A stretch of 63,163 nt of DNA, counting the filler, from Asterionella formosa (lineage: Eukaryota): NCBI GenBank assembly GCA_002256025.1. It is 20 parts of 20 records of this genome, joined end to end, with 100 filler letters (N's around TTAATTAATTAA, not from the genome) between each part and the next. Parts side by side here need not be neighbours in the genome. Positions count along the whole stretch, not along the records: positions 1 to 1,223 come from NKIB01003579.1; positions 1,324 to 2,546 come from NKIB01003580.1; positions 2,647 to 3,869 come from NKIB01003581.1; positions 3,970 to 5,192 come from NKIB01003582.1; positions 5,293 to 6,515 come from NKIB01003583.1; positions 6,616 to 7,837 come from NKIB01003584.1; positions 7,938 to 9,159 come from NKIB01003585.1; positions 9,260 to 10,481 come from NKIB01003586.1; 12 more parts are not named here. One strand, 5' to 3'. A program made the position numbers and the translations under genes. The notes under the pieces were generated by a model. That model saw only the letters and a list, made by a program, of their open reading frames with translations, searched no databases and was not told the DNA's origin. How positions within the stretch are numbered: position 1 is the stretch's first letter; every line of letters begins with the position of its first letter. This document shows, piece by piece, positions 1 to 11,902 of the stretch.

Positions 1-344
1 ATAATAGCGGAGCGTTTCAAGTGAGAAGAGAGGTGCTTGATAGGTCGACATACGTTCCTCCTGGTGATACGCTGTTGCAAAGACGGACAGAATTGAAGCT
101 CGCGATCCTCAGTGTTCAAGTTTGCCACGAAGGACACTATGTACAATTCTACGTGAAGACTAAATGAAGGATATGTGCTTCAAAGATACAACAAGGAATG
201 TAGAATGTCCATCTCAAAAGGCACGCAGGAAAATGGGTTATGATACTTTGCAACGACATGATTCCATTTTATTTTTGCGAAGCGGACCATCATATATTTA
301 AAAACATATGGACATCATCATTATACATATGTAGTACTTATTAC

Positions 345-429
345 CCGGTACCTGGTACCTGGTACCAGGTACCAGGGGTACCTTGTAGGTTCAGGGTACC
401 AGGTACCTGGTACTGGTACCTACCGGTAG
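345..429. repeat. Palindromic GGTACC[A/T] array
   Basis: Perfect 26-bp palindrome CCTGGTACCTGGTACCAGGTACCAGG at 351-376, 18-bp palindrome at 396-413, and CTACCGGTAG at 420-429. Similar clusters occur at about 3352-3395, 8998-9015, 14364-14378, 22078-22168, 26352-26371, 35613-35632, 56001-56014 and 62706-62730. Confidence 0.95.
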
Positions 430-1223
430 CAGTAAGACATCATGCGGTCAACGAGTGGCTGTGTGTCACAGTAGGAAAGCAAATTGCTTTCAATCGACTG
501 AATCAGATTTTGAACGACCCGAAAGCACGACTAGCTATGGTACTGGTACATACTTTTTGCACGTTGCTTTGCTGTTTGCCTTGACTGTATCCTGTATTGC
601 ACTAATTTACTAGACAGTGTATACATCATGTAGGTACTCCACTTATCATGTATCCGAGGAGGGTAACATTCCGGCAAAACCTTATCATTGTGGAGAGGTA
701 CACGTGAGAATAAAAATGATTCTGTTTTTTATGATTCCAGCACAATGGATCATGAGGAGGACCAAAACCTCCTATACTAAAAAACTCAGGATGTGTCGTG
801 AAAAACCTTGTGAGTTTGTCCCAGCAACGAAGGTTTGGTGAAGCGCCAACTTTTGTCAATTCTCCTTCTGTGAGTCAGTAATGCCTACCGGTAACCGGTA
901 TAGTAGAATCATAACGGGGAGTACCCGGTGCTCTATGTAACACCGGAATAAAACTAAGATAATGGTGGAATTCTATAACGAATACCGGGATACTGGGTTC
1001 GTGCGTACCAAAACACCGATATCATTGTTTTCACACCAACAGCACATCTCAACATTTGAAGTTCATCACAATCAAACAAAGAAACATAGAACAATGTATT
1101 AATGCCGTCGACACTGCTAACTACCTCGAGCAGCAAGCTCCTTCAGCGAATTGGAAAACGAGCGAATTTATTTGGTAGCCGTCACGCTTTCTCCAACGAG
1201 CAGCGATTATTCTCCACGGAAGG

Positions 1224-1323
1224 NNNNNNNNNNNNNNNNNNNNNNNNNNNNNNNNNNNNNNNNNNNNTTAATTAATTAANNNNNNNNNNNNNNNNNNNNN
1301 NNNNNNNNNNNNNNNNNNNNNNN
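1224..1323. other. Artificial contig linker (N44-TTAATTAATTAA-N44), first of 19
   Basis: Identical 100-bp spacer with stops in all six frames, starting at 1224, 2547, 3870, 5193, 6516, 7838, 9160, 10482, 11803, 13123, 14440, 15760, 17080, 18399, 19719, 21039, 40788, 42108 and 43428. Adjacency across linkers has no biological meaning. Confidence 0.99.
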
Positions 1324-1766
1324 CGTACGAGGTACTAAAAACAACCATGCATGGTTTAAGCTATGCTTTAACGCTTACTTTGAACACGTTATAATATTAT
1401 CGCTGTAGACTCGGTATTATCTTTACGAGACCTGAAATGATGAATTATATCGTTCACATATTCATTGATTTTACGTACTGTATGCCCGATTTCGTCCTCA
1501 CAAATATAGTTCTCATCTATCTTGCCTGCCTTTGCTCTATTCGGGTTTGCAATAGGCAACGTTCGTCTTTCTTTTATCCCATCGTCTGCTGCTTGTTTTG
1601 CTAGTTGAAGCGGATCGGTGAGTACAACAGTGAAACACTGAATGTGGATTGTAGATCGTATTTTTTGGGCCGACTTTCCGATTTGATTGCTTCCATGGCT
1701 TGTTTTGATCGTTTCCATCGTTGTTTGTCGTTACGCACTGTCGTTTTGTTTCGACTGTACATATCT
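1324..1766 (-). repeat. Dispersed repeat family A, copy 1 (about 440 bp)
   Basis: Reverse complement aligns collinearly with 36322-36765, e.g. CTCACCGATCCGCTTCAACTAGCA and CCCGAATAGAGCAAAGGCAGGCAAGATAGA are shared. Confidence 0.92.
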
Positions 1767-3091
1767 AAATAAGAACCAATGCATTTATCAATGACTACTC
1801 ATTGAAGATGTGGTATTGTGCCGTTGTTGATCATATTTGTTGATTGGTATAGTTGTTGGCAATGATGTCAAAATTGCCGCCAAGCAATGCTTTTCTCGTA
1901 CTAACGCGCTTTGCTACATTTCTACTGCGAGTTCGTATCAGAAGCTACATGAATACTCAGCTAGAGAGAGTCAATAGTGCTGGAGCAGCGTGGCGATCAT
2001 GCTTGCTCAGAATGTGATGATCTGGGTTGCTTGTTTGGTGGGCAGAGAGGAATGACTGTGGCGGAAATACTGCTACTGGTGTCAGGTTGCTACAGCGATG
2101 CGCATGGTTGCAGCAACTAGACCATTTATGCTACATAACGATGCAGGTCTACATTGGGTTCAGCTTTTTTCCTTCTTCTTTCAGTCTTCGATTGTGTGGT
2201 GATGAAAAGTCAATGTTGCCTGTGTAAGTACTATAATGATTCACTATGCATATGTCTCCATTGGAAACTCTTATTTTTTGTTTCCTTTCTAACCCAAAAC
2301 AATTCTTTCTATTTCTCATTTGACGCTCCTTATTACATCGCATTTCATACTTTGGTTGCTCCAAACATCATGTTCAATTTTCATTGATGTTGCATGTTAC
2401 AATCACTCTTGTGTGTTTTACGCTTGTTGTACCCTTTTTATGTATTTTACCGTTATTCTGGCTGTCATCCTAAAATCGGCAATTTTCATTCTGTCGAAAA
2501 AATTGATATGCCCCATATTGCCCCTAAAAATCAATTACTTAAGAGANNNNNNNNNNNNNNNNNNNNNNNNNNNNNNNNNNNNNNNNNNNNTTAATTAATT
2601 AANNNNNNNNNNNNNNNNNNNNNNNNNNNNNNNNNNNNNNNNNNNNTTTAAAAGTACTATCAAATAATGTTGATTACTAATTCAACAACCGGTATTTCAC
2701 ATTACATGGGAAACAAATCTCGATATGCAATCAAACAAAGCTGTTCTATCAGAATGGAATCTTCAGTCTTGAGAAGGCAGGCATTATGAGACATCTGTAA
2801 GGACATTGCAAGACAAGGAGAAGCCATTCATTCAGAAGGGGGAAATTATTCACTCTTGAACAGGCATCATTCTACGAAGTTGCAACATGAATGCATCCTC
2901 ACACACTGATTTCCTTCTTGTACTTGAAATGACTTCTTCATTGACCTGCAGAGATTTTCATAACAACAGTGTGTCAGTAATGTATATGATAGAACTAGCA
3001 ACAGCAGAAAGCAACACACAGTTCATTCCGGACCTCATTGTCCCTGCCTGTTGTCAACAACATATATTGTTTCCGCCATTCTGATTGGTGG

Positions 3092-3333
3092 AGACAATCT
3101 TCGTTTGCCCGAAGATTAATCTTCGGGAAACGAAGATTGTTCAAGAAAATACGAAGATTGGGTCAATATCGGGGATGACCCTCGAAATATTCGGGCAAAC
3201 GAAGATTAATCTTCGTGATCGGGGGGGATTTGCGAGTTATTTAGCCCGTAAGGGACGAAAATACGAAGATTAAACGCCCAACAGGTATCCGGGCGACTGA
3301 ATCTTCGTAATTCGGGCACCGTAAGACGGGGCC
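3092..3333. mobile_element. Probable PIF/Harbinger-type terminus with CGAAGATT/AATCTTCG subterminal repeats
   Basis: Multiple copies of CGAAGATT in both orientations. Near-perfect 47-bp palindrome at 3094-3140. Ends ...AGACGGGGCC followed by TAA, consistent with GGCC termini and a TAA/TTA target site. The other end was not found. Confidence 0.45.
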
Positions 3334-3439
3334 TAAGTACCGTTACCTTATGGTACCAGGGAGTTCCTGGGTCCAGTACCTGGTACCGGAGTACCTGTCA
3401 AAGCTAGCGGCAGACTCAAATACGTGTTGGCATCACTTG

Positions 3440-3542
3440 GTACCCCGCAATTTCCGGTAATTTTGCTGAAACTAAACGTTTAGCTATCTTTATCCCATAT
3501 TAAATTGTTAGTTTAAGCAAAGCTACCGCAACTTGCAGGTAC
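3440..3542. mobile_element. About 100-bp TA-flanked MITE, copy 1
   Basis: Aligns end to end with 56013-56114 (shared core TTTAGCTATCTTTATCC). Imperfect TIRs, consensus TA-CCTGCAAGTTGCGG...CCGCAACTTGCAGG-TA. Confidence 0.75.
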
Positions 3543-3625
3543 TCGAAGTTTTTTTGACTTCATTCATGTATTCACTTCATCCGCCAAACCCTTCATACAA
3601 CACGGCGCAACCGATCACATCCAAC

Positions 3626-3869
3626 ATGTTTACCACTCAGAACGCAGCTGTCGCTGCTAGCTCTGCAGGAACCTTTGCCAAAGACCAGGCTGCAGAACTC
3701 ACTCAATTGGCGTCGAATGGAGACTTTTCTATTCGTATCTTGGCCCTCTTGGGAGCCATTGCTATGGTCGTGGTCAGCGTCATTGGATTCCTAGGCAAGA
3801 TTTTGACTTTGCACTTTGTTTCTGCGTTAATTGAAGTCTACGTCTTTGCTTTGGCTATTGTCATCATTA
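3626..3869 (+). CDS. 5' fragment of a small multi-pass membrane protein (COPI-associated/Tvp15-like), cut by contig end
   Basis: ATG at 3626. MFTTQNAAV...GDFSIRILALLGAIAMVVVSVIGFLG...SALIEVYVFALAIVII has two hydrophobic helices. Family call is from recalled similarity only. Confidence 0.55.
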
Positions 3870-4086
3870 NNNNNNNNNNNNNNNNNNNNNNNNNNNNNNN
3901 NNNNNNNNNNNNNTTAATTAATTAANNNNNNNNNNNNNNNNNNNNNNNNNNNNNNNNNNNNNNNNNNNNAACACTCGTACGTAGACGAAATTTCGAAAAG
4001 TCAAATGAATTATTTGAAACATCAACTAATTCAGTCTCGCGTTCAAAATTCATTGTGAAAACTTCACATGAAACAGTTAAAACTTC

Positions 4087-5192
4087 ACATGAAACCGTTA
4101 AAAGTAATCTTTTTTACGTGAAGAGTGGCATTAATGCATGTGAAGTACCACATAATTAACACTCATACGTAGACGAAATTTCGAAAAGTGGCGTATTTCG
4201 CGGCTTAGATGCAGTACCTGGTACTCTAGCTACTAAACTACTGTAGATAGAGCTGTACAGACAATCTTCACATAGTATCCTAAGTACTAAATGCATGCAT
4301 TGAGCATTGTCTAAACATAGTAACAACAGCATGTAGGCATGACAATATGTTGCAGCAATTACCAGTGTGTCACGAAAAAACCCGATTTACAGTTGATTTC
4401 AATGATAATACAAAAATAGTTTACATTTTTCGATATTCGTTTTTATTTTTCGAAACAAAAGAGTCATTTAAAATCTAGATATGAAAAATTTCAATCATTA
4501 ATAGAAACCATTTTTGATTTGCCAGATATTTAGTCAAAAAAAGTAAAACACCACCTTCCTGGACTAACTCATTGTATCCTTATTAACTCCGACGTCCAAC
4601 ACTTGTAGTCTAGAAGTGTAGTCCTGGAGAATGTAATCAGACTCAGTAGCAGTGCCGAAATTTTAATTGTATCGACACAACATGAGTCACACGTCAGATG
4701 ACAATATCCTTACGGGCAAACCAGCGCTTGATCCGTTTTTCAAGTGCCTTCAGATAAAGATTTGCGTTCCCAGGTTGCTTCCTCTTAACATCAACACTTA
4801 GCATCCTAGTGGTGCATGCCCTATCTTGAAGTCGAAGCGGGTTGAATAGAGTCTTCAAGCCTTCAAAGTCAGCAGCTCGTGTCCACAGAAAATGATTTGA
4901 TTGGCTAACCTCAATTTCTATCACGATCCAAGTCATATAACCTACACGATTTATTACAATCATAGAATTGGGTACACAAGTGTAAACACTCTATGAATTA
5001 CTATTGAACCCTTGAAAAATTAGAGCGCACCAGCATTGCACCGAAGATGGAAATTCAAATGATCCTACATCTAAGCCGCGAAATACGCCACTTTTCGAAA
5101 TTTCGTCTACGTATGAGTGTTAATTATGTGGTACTTCACATGCATTAATGCCACTCTTCACGTAAAAAAGATTACTTTTAACGGTTTCATGT
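4087..5192. repeat. Perfect 125-bp inverted repeat pair (4087-4211 / 5068-5192)
   Basis: The arms are exact reverse complements and the right arm runs off the contig. The left side also has internal direct repeats (3970-4001 vs 4158-4189) and a 21-bp tandem unit AAAACTTCACATGAAAC. Confidence 0.95.
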
Positions 5193-5552
5193 NNNNNNNN
5201 NNNNNNNNNNNNNNNNNNNNNNNNNNNNNNNNNNNNTTAATTAATTAANNNNNNNNNNNNNNNNNNNNNNNNNNNNNNNNNNNNNNNNNNNNGCCTATTT
5301 GTGACTTCCTGCGCAACACAACAAAACTTGCCACAACGACGAATCAAACGGGTTTCGAATATGAGGAGTGGTTGGAACGAAGAGACTTGTCATAAACATG
5401 ACACTTCTGTCCGACTCGGTCGATGGAGCAAAAGAAACGACACCAGCGTTTGGTTATTTGCAAATGGCTGTACTTGATTAAAAACAAATAACCATTTTGT
5501 TAGTAACTATTTATGAGTAAATAAAAATTCTTACTTCCATCTTTCCCCATAG

Positions 5553-5774
5553 GAATCAAGCAAAAACGAAACTAGTCCTGACGAGGAATACTGTGTCGTC
5601 GATCCGGAAAGTGGGGAACTCATTCGTCTCACAGTAGCCGAAAAGGAGCGTATCTTTCTGGACGCGCTTCAGTCCTACGATGCCACTGGAATGCAAATGC
5701 TCAAGGATGACGAGTTTGACCTATTGAAGGAAGATTTGCAATGGAAGAACAGATCTGAGCATATATATAGCTAA
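5553..5774 (+). pseudogene. PGRL1: Truncated exon of PGR5-like protein 1 (PGRL1) homolog
   Basis: After acceptor CTTTCCCCATAG (ends 5552), the frame reads EEYCVVDPESGELIRLTVAEKERIFLDALQSYDATGMQMLKDDEFDLLKEDLQW. This matches the PGRL1 motif E..FL.ALQS.Y..G......EFD.LKE.L.W. Similarity ends at W, and a stop follows at the junction with repeat family B. Not in the ORF track (no start codon). Confidence 0.8.
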
Positions 5775-6515
5775 AACAAGGAAAGACGACACAACAATGA
5801 ACGTGATGGCTGGTTGTTGAGGATACCGGTATGTGATATGCATCAGTCCATATCACAAATCATATTATAGTGATGTACATATCAATGCATCCGTATACTT
5901 AGATCCTATCCACTGTATAATACTATCATATTAACTGTTGACTTTAAGTGTATACATTAAACGACAAACATATATAATAATTAACATACTTTATGATTGC
6001 TTGATTTATTTTTTTATGATGTCCTGGTAACATTTGCGTACATATTTTATCGTATTTTATTGTCATGGTATTATTTTAACATGATCATATTTTGATCAAA
6101 ATTATATCATATACATTTTATAAAATCATCATAGTTTTATGATCAATTGTATCATAGCTATGTGATGTGCTTTATTCAATATTACGTATCATACTTTGGT
6201 GATGTATGCATCGATGTAACCCTATCATGATATCACAGTATCATCTTATCAATCATGATGAGATGATTGGGAAGCAAATGTATTCTGCAACGTGCTACAC
6301 AGGGTATATTATTATATCACGCAATTTAGTAGCGAAGTCACTCCGCCTGTAATGTACTAAAGTCGACAGTGCACATACCGGTACTCACACGCTAATCAGG
6401 TTTGAGGCAATGGACAGTGGTTCCAACGAGCGAATGATGATACCACGGGTACCAATTTTTCCAACGAAAGAACTTGTCTCTCTATTGATGAGGATGACAC
6501 GGACACCGACTTTTC
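5769..6515 (+). repeat. Dispersed repeat family B, copy 1 (at least 750 bp, AT-rich)
   Basis: Collinear with 44195-44945, e.g. AATGAACGTGATGGCTGGTTGTTGAGGATACCGGTATGTGATATGCATCA and GATGAGGATGACACG.ACACCGACTTTTC. Confidence 0.95.
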
Positions 6516-8051
6516 NNNNNNNNNNNNNNNNNNNNNNNNNNNNNNNNNNNNNNNNNNNNTTAATTAATTAANNNNNNNNNNNNNNNNNNNNNNNNNNNNN
6601 NNNNNNNNNNNNNNNGTCACATAGTAGAATATAACAATGTACGGACTACCAATACATGTTCGTGCTTTCGAAGATTAGCTTTACTTTATACGTATCATTG
6701 TAAAAAATGTGCACGAAAATTATATTTCATTTATTTTATGTTCGGACCCCGTATGTACGGTATGATGATGTACCGGTAAATGAACTCTTGATGCATCTAA
6801 GTTACTGGTACTTCGACTCAATTACCGACTTGTTCGACTATAAATATTTCTCTCCCTTCTCCTCGACAGTTCATCTATAGATGCATAGTTGGGGTTTTCG
6901 ATTTTGGTTCTACATATGTGGCATGATTCATTTCCCCCTCCAGGTCCCCGTAGCTGCGGCAGGCGAGTTTGCACTTTAGCCATGGGTGGGACATAGGGAG
7001 GGTGAATTTTAACTATTGACTACAAATTTTTGCACAGCTTGGATTCAACAATGTTGCTTTGCTGAATGCTTCATTCAAAGAATTGTGAGCTTTCTGCCTT
7101 GAAACCCTTACATGGTAGTTTCTTGGCTGATTGACTCTTCCATGACCTTCTCTTGCATGGTTTACTGTCATTCACTAGCCATCAAACCTCATTGTCATTT
7201 TTTGGCTAGACAGAATTAGCTCCGGTGGTTGCTAACTTGGCCTCCACCTCAAATTTCGCTTGCTCCTAGTTTGTTTGTCATTCCCTTGGTTTCAATGCGC
7301 GCTTTATGCACTTCCCCCTGTTTCCCTCGTGTATAATGAATACTAAGCATTTCCTGAGTGATGTTACCAGGTACTGGTACATTTGATTTTGTTAAGTACC
7401 GGTAGTGTGCATCATTCTGTTAGTGTAGCTATGATAGTGGTAGGTATCCACATACTGGTACCGGGTCCATTCTGATCATGCTGCACAGCCAGCATAGGTA
7501 CAACCACATGATGGATGTCAAAAGCAATATATATACCGGTAGTACATCATATAATGGTTATGAAAAAACAATGAACGTGTATGTTAATTGGGCCAATTGC
7601 GAAATATGAACATTACCTGGTATAAATTTGACTTAATCATTCAATCACTATTTGTTTTGACAGTATACAGATATTCCAGATGTTTATAGGCCTCAGCGGT
7701 AGCATAATCTGAGACTCGTTTGATAGACACCCCAGTATTGAGTGATATCACCTTACAATGATCAAACTCAGGCTTTAGGGAGACAACCTCCATATTCAAA
7801 TACCCCACTTTCACGTCAACAATGCCCTTTAGTTGCTNNNNNNNNNNNNNNNNNNNNNNNNNNNNNNNNNNNNNNNNNNNNTTAATTAATTAANNNNNNN
7901 NNNNNNNNNNNNNNNNNNNNNNNNNNNNNNNNNNNNNATGCAAGTATCGATTATTATACTCCATACTATACTCCAGCAGACATGACGAAACAACAAGAAA
8001 TCTGCAATACTGGAGACACTAAATCCAAAATGGTTGAAATAAACAAAACAA

Positions 8052-8666
8052 CTACTGCCAAACAATACCTCCAACAACCACTGCTGTAGCTGCTCCCACC
8101 CATGCTCCGAATCGCGAACTTTTGGTACTACTTGTCGGCATGCTGCTGGTCGATGGAGGACTCACTGATGGTGCAGGTGCAATACGAGTAGCACTCTCGC
8201 ATGGAATATCTGAAGGATAGACATTTGTCACGAGCAACCTTGGTGGTGTTCCTGTATAGTTAGTATCCAAGACACCCACCACCGTCGCAGCAAAGCCGTA
8301 CATTTGACCCCCAGTTGGATTGGCACATGTGTCACATCCTCCCACTTGAGTGGCGAGTGCTCGTACCATGGTATTTCCTGTCGAATCCAGTTCAACAGCA
8401 CGTTCATATTCTGAGGCATTAACATCGACTAGGACTTCGTATCCACTATCAACACAAACAGAAATTTCCACCAAGCAGTGAACCGAATGTTTCTCTGGCT
8501 GTTTCAGTGTGGGTAGGCCATTGTCGATCATGAAACCTTCATCAATGCAGTATTTGTCCATAATGTATCCATTGTAGCAGGTCTCATTTTGCGATGCAAC
8601 GAGTCTACTAATAGTCAGGGCAAGGACGAAGACCAAGCGAGACTGAAACATAATATTATATTTCAT
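8052..8666 (-). CDS. Secreted, probably membrane/GPI-anchored Cys/His-rich protein (about 204 aa)
   Basis: First ATG at 8666. Hydrophobic signal (LVFVLALTISRLVAS). Domain GYIMDKYCID...TLKQPEKHSVHCLVEISVCVDSGYEVL...CDTC. Ser/Pro/Thr stalk and hydrophobic C-terminus. Confidence 0.85.
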   Translation of the reverse strand: MKYNIMFQSRLVFVLALTISRLVASQNETCYNGYIMDKYCIDEGFMIDNGLPTLKQPEKHSVHCLVEISVCVDSGYEVLVDVNASEYERAVELDSTGNTMVRALATQVGGCDTCANPTGGQMYGFAATVVGVLDTNYTGTPPRLLVTNVYPSDIPCESATRIAPAPSVSPPSTSSMPTSSTKSSRFGAWVGAATAVVVGGIVWQ

Positions 8667-9259
8667 TCTTGACAAGGAGATAGATTCGTTGTTCTCTCAC
8701 TTTTATTAATAATGTGTCGGTTTCATCTCTTCTTTATCAAGAACCATTCCCCCTTTTATGATGTTGACCTACGCGAGCAACCTTTGCGTTTCTGCGCAGG
8801 CAGGATTAGCTAAATCAGAAATAGTGAGTGAAAATCAAACAGCAGAAGATACGTTGACCTACCCGTACTGCACTGTCCTGGTATCACAAGGTACCTCCTA
8901 CCGGTAGTTGACAAAGAAATAGCGATGCTGGGTGCTATGTAGCTGAACGCGCTCCCGCTTATGTTACAGGATCACAGACCAGTTGTAAGAACCTATCGGT
9001 ACCTGGTACCAGGTAGCTTTGTAAATAACAATACCAGTAAAACACTGCCGTGACCCATTGAACGCAGAATAACACGTTTTGCTATCAAAACTTAAGTAAA
9101 TGTAAATTCTGAGAGTTCTGGCTCCTTCTCGAGCATGTAGGCTAGTCAGCTATGTATTTNNNNNNNNNNNNNNNNNNNNNNNNNNNNNNNNNNNNNNNNN
9201 NNNTTAATTAATTAANNNNNNNNNNNNNNNNNNNNNNNNNNNNNNNNNNNNNNNNNNNN

Positions 9260-10481
9260 TTTTTTTTTGGCTGTTCCAAGGCGCCAGGAGAAAACCTATC
9301 CGGCCGCTTTGCCCGCCTGCCCCATCGATGTGGGGTGCTTGGGGGGCATCATGGGAGGATTCGAACTCCTCCCACCAGTGCATGTGTTCAGGAATGTTTT
9401 TGAGGCACCCCGTCATCCAATCATGTCCCAGTGTCCGGTGAGGCACCCCGCCCCTCTCACCTGGGCGAGGTAGTGTGAGACTTTCACTCACTAAAAACCT
9501 GTGTGCAGCCCCAGTCTTGACCAGTACGCGGTCTGCCCTACCCGTCGGGGCGTTGGCCCGTGGAGGTGTGTGGGACCCCGTCAAATGCCTCACTTGCGTA
9601 AGACCCCCAACGGGACCTGATTATGTTAGCACGAAGGCTAACAACGCTCATCAGGAACCTGGCAAGGGTGGTGGCCCCTGCCGGGTTCCGTTCCATCTGG
9701 CTACCGTCCCCATCGGATGATGAGCTGTCAACCGAAGAGTCACAGTTTTGCTGTGCTGTGACTCCGGTTGGTTCACCCATCATCCATCCATGTACCCAGC
9801 GGTTGTCACAACTCCCTCCGAGGAGCCATGCCAACCGTTGTTGGTCAAAACCGAGGGCGAAATTCGGCCCTAACGTCCGAACTTTCGCGATCAATTCTGC
9901 CATGTGTGGCTCGGTGCGTAGACCACGCCACCGACCACACGTGAACACTAAGTGTTCCAGCGTTTCTGGCTCATCCATACCACAAAATGGACACTTCCTC
10001 AAATACCTATGAGGCATTCGCTTCCACCCCACCAAGGTGGGGACAGTTACAAATGCCCCAATCCGACACCGAACTATCAGAGCCAGTCCTGCTTGGTCTT
10101 TGGGACTGCCCCCCACACGTGACCGTGTGAGTGGATGCTTGTCAAATCCGGCTCCCTCATACCACACTGTGCGGGCCCCCGACGGACGAGTCAAGTTCCG
10201 TCGGATCCCACACTCTCTCTCCAAAATGCATGCTTTCACTACCTCAGCCAGTACCTTTGGTTCCAGGCGCTGCCATCCAGCACCCAAGTACCTCTCCACA
10301 ATAGACACCGGTGCATGGGGGAGCGCATAGCGTTTCAGCCAGCGCGGAACCCCTGAGCACCATGTCCATTTCTGACTTCGGAATGGTCTTAGGACCAATT
10401 CCTGAAGCCAGGTTTTGAGACCCGAGGCCTTGGCATAAGCTCTGGCCCGTCGGGCACCCGCCAAGGCACACATTGGCAACA
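9260..10481 (-). mobile_element. 3' end of a non-LTR retrotransposon (ORF end 9538-10481, 3' UTR, poly-A)
   Basis: CPFCGMDEPETLEHLVFTC is the C-x2-C...ET..H....C zinc knuckle found C-terminal to LINE RT. About 270 bp of 3' UTR is followed by A9 (T run 9260-9268) at the contig edge. Confidence 0.85.
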
Positions 10482-10632
10482 NNNNNNNNNNNNNNNNNNN
10501 NNNNNNNNNNNNNNNNNNNNNNNNNTTAATTAATTAANNNNNNNNNNNNNNNNNNNNNNNNNNNNNNNNNNNNNNNNNNNNTTTGTCCCTACTACACAAC
10601 AGCAGAATACTGATCGCCATCACAGAGGTACT

Positions 10633-11802
10633 ATGTGCAATAATAGCAATGCTATTCATAATGACCTATTGATTATATCTCACGTCAGTCATCACCTGGA
10701 TGATATTGCTTATTTAAAGGTTGAATACACTATGGATACCGCTGTTGCTGTAATGCGGGACATATATAATTGCATCAACAGACATGACATCCTACATACA
10801 AACCAGGGTCCGATTCCAGTTTCCTGTTTTACTTCTAAGGATGCATTAATGTTAATTAACTTCTCTCTTAGCGCCACGACTGGTGGATGCTATAGCTATG
10901 CAAAAAAGACTACAAGTATTATTTGATAGTGGAGGATCCTTATCTTCAATACATGAAGTGGTTATGCCTGAAGGTATTTCTTTGTCAAACGAGACTTCCC
11001 AATTAATACATACCATAGCTGGTACTTATTCATCTCATGCCAGTGTTTTTTTACATGATATAATTGTACATGAATTCAATCAAGCTGCTCGTATTTTACA
11101 TCAAAAGTGTCAAGTTTTTGATGGGGTCTATGCACATTTGATGCTCAATGGCCAATGCACATTTGATGCTATTTTAGGACGTGCTTTCCTTCATCAAGTT
11201 GGTTTACCTATTAAACAACAAGTCTTGTATAGAGATGATTGTTCCTATTCATCCTCTCACATTTTTTGCTGATGGAAAACGTTTACACCATGATGGATTA
11301 TTATATTTTGATGCGCGCACCTATGATTGTGGAATCCTCATATGCGCTGGAAAATAAAGCTGCTGAATATAATTACATGAATATTGATACAGCCAGTGGT
11401 GGATAAACAGTTGTATTTGACAGCAGTCCAACGGTCAAGTTTACAAACCATTTTGTCTAAATATCAACAAACTTTATTTGATTGCAAATTATAAGTTTAT
11501 CCTCATAAACAAGTACATTTGGAATTATTATCAGATGTTATTCCCTGTCATCAATGAGCGTATCCAGTCGCCCATATTAATATAAAAGTTTTCAAAACCG
11601 AATTACAACGGTTATGTGATATTGGCGTCCTAAATATGTGGTGCTTCCAAATGGGCATCTCCCACTTCTATCATATTCGCAAAAAAGATGGAAGTGTCAG
11701 ATTTTCGTGAATTAAATAAATTCATCAATCGCATTATTTATTATTTACTTCGAATACAACTAGTCTCCCGAAACGTGCTGGATATGCATTTTTCACCAAA
11801 TT
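10633..11802 (+). mobile_element. Degenerate Ty3/Gypsy pol fragment (aspartic protease + start of RT)
   Basis: VLFDSGGS protease active site and FDAILGRAFL..VG. Then AYPVAH...VFKTELQRLCDIGVL, WASPT, KKDGSVR and RELNK across stops and frameshifts. Protease directly before RT is the Gypsy order. Confidence 0.9.
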
Positions 11803-11902
11803 NNNNNNNNNNNNNNNNNNNNNNNNNNNNNNNNNNNNNNNNNNNNTTAATTAATTAANNNNNNNNNNNNNNNNNNNNNNNNNNNNNNNNNNNNNNNNNN
11901 NN

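Noticed and set aside
345..429. CRISPR array, telomere repeat or restriction-site cloning artefact
   Set aside because: No repeat-spacer structure and orientation is mixed. The motifs occur as small insertions inside diverged repeats throughout the contigs.
240..584. ORF with VPGTWYQVPG repeats (also 22056-22256 and 62656-62838)
   Set aside because: Translation of the stop-free GGTACC[A/T] arrays, not a protein family.
1389..1718. 109-aa ORF in repeat A
   Set aside because: The frame is broken by stops and indels in the second copy, and there is no recognisable motif.
6616..7837. Contig with scattered TACCGGTA motifs
   Set aside because: No ORF, RNA gene or repeat partner identified.
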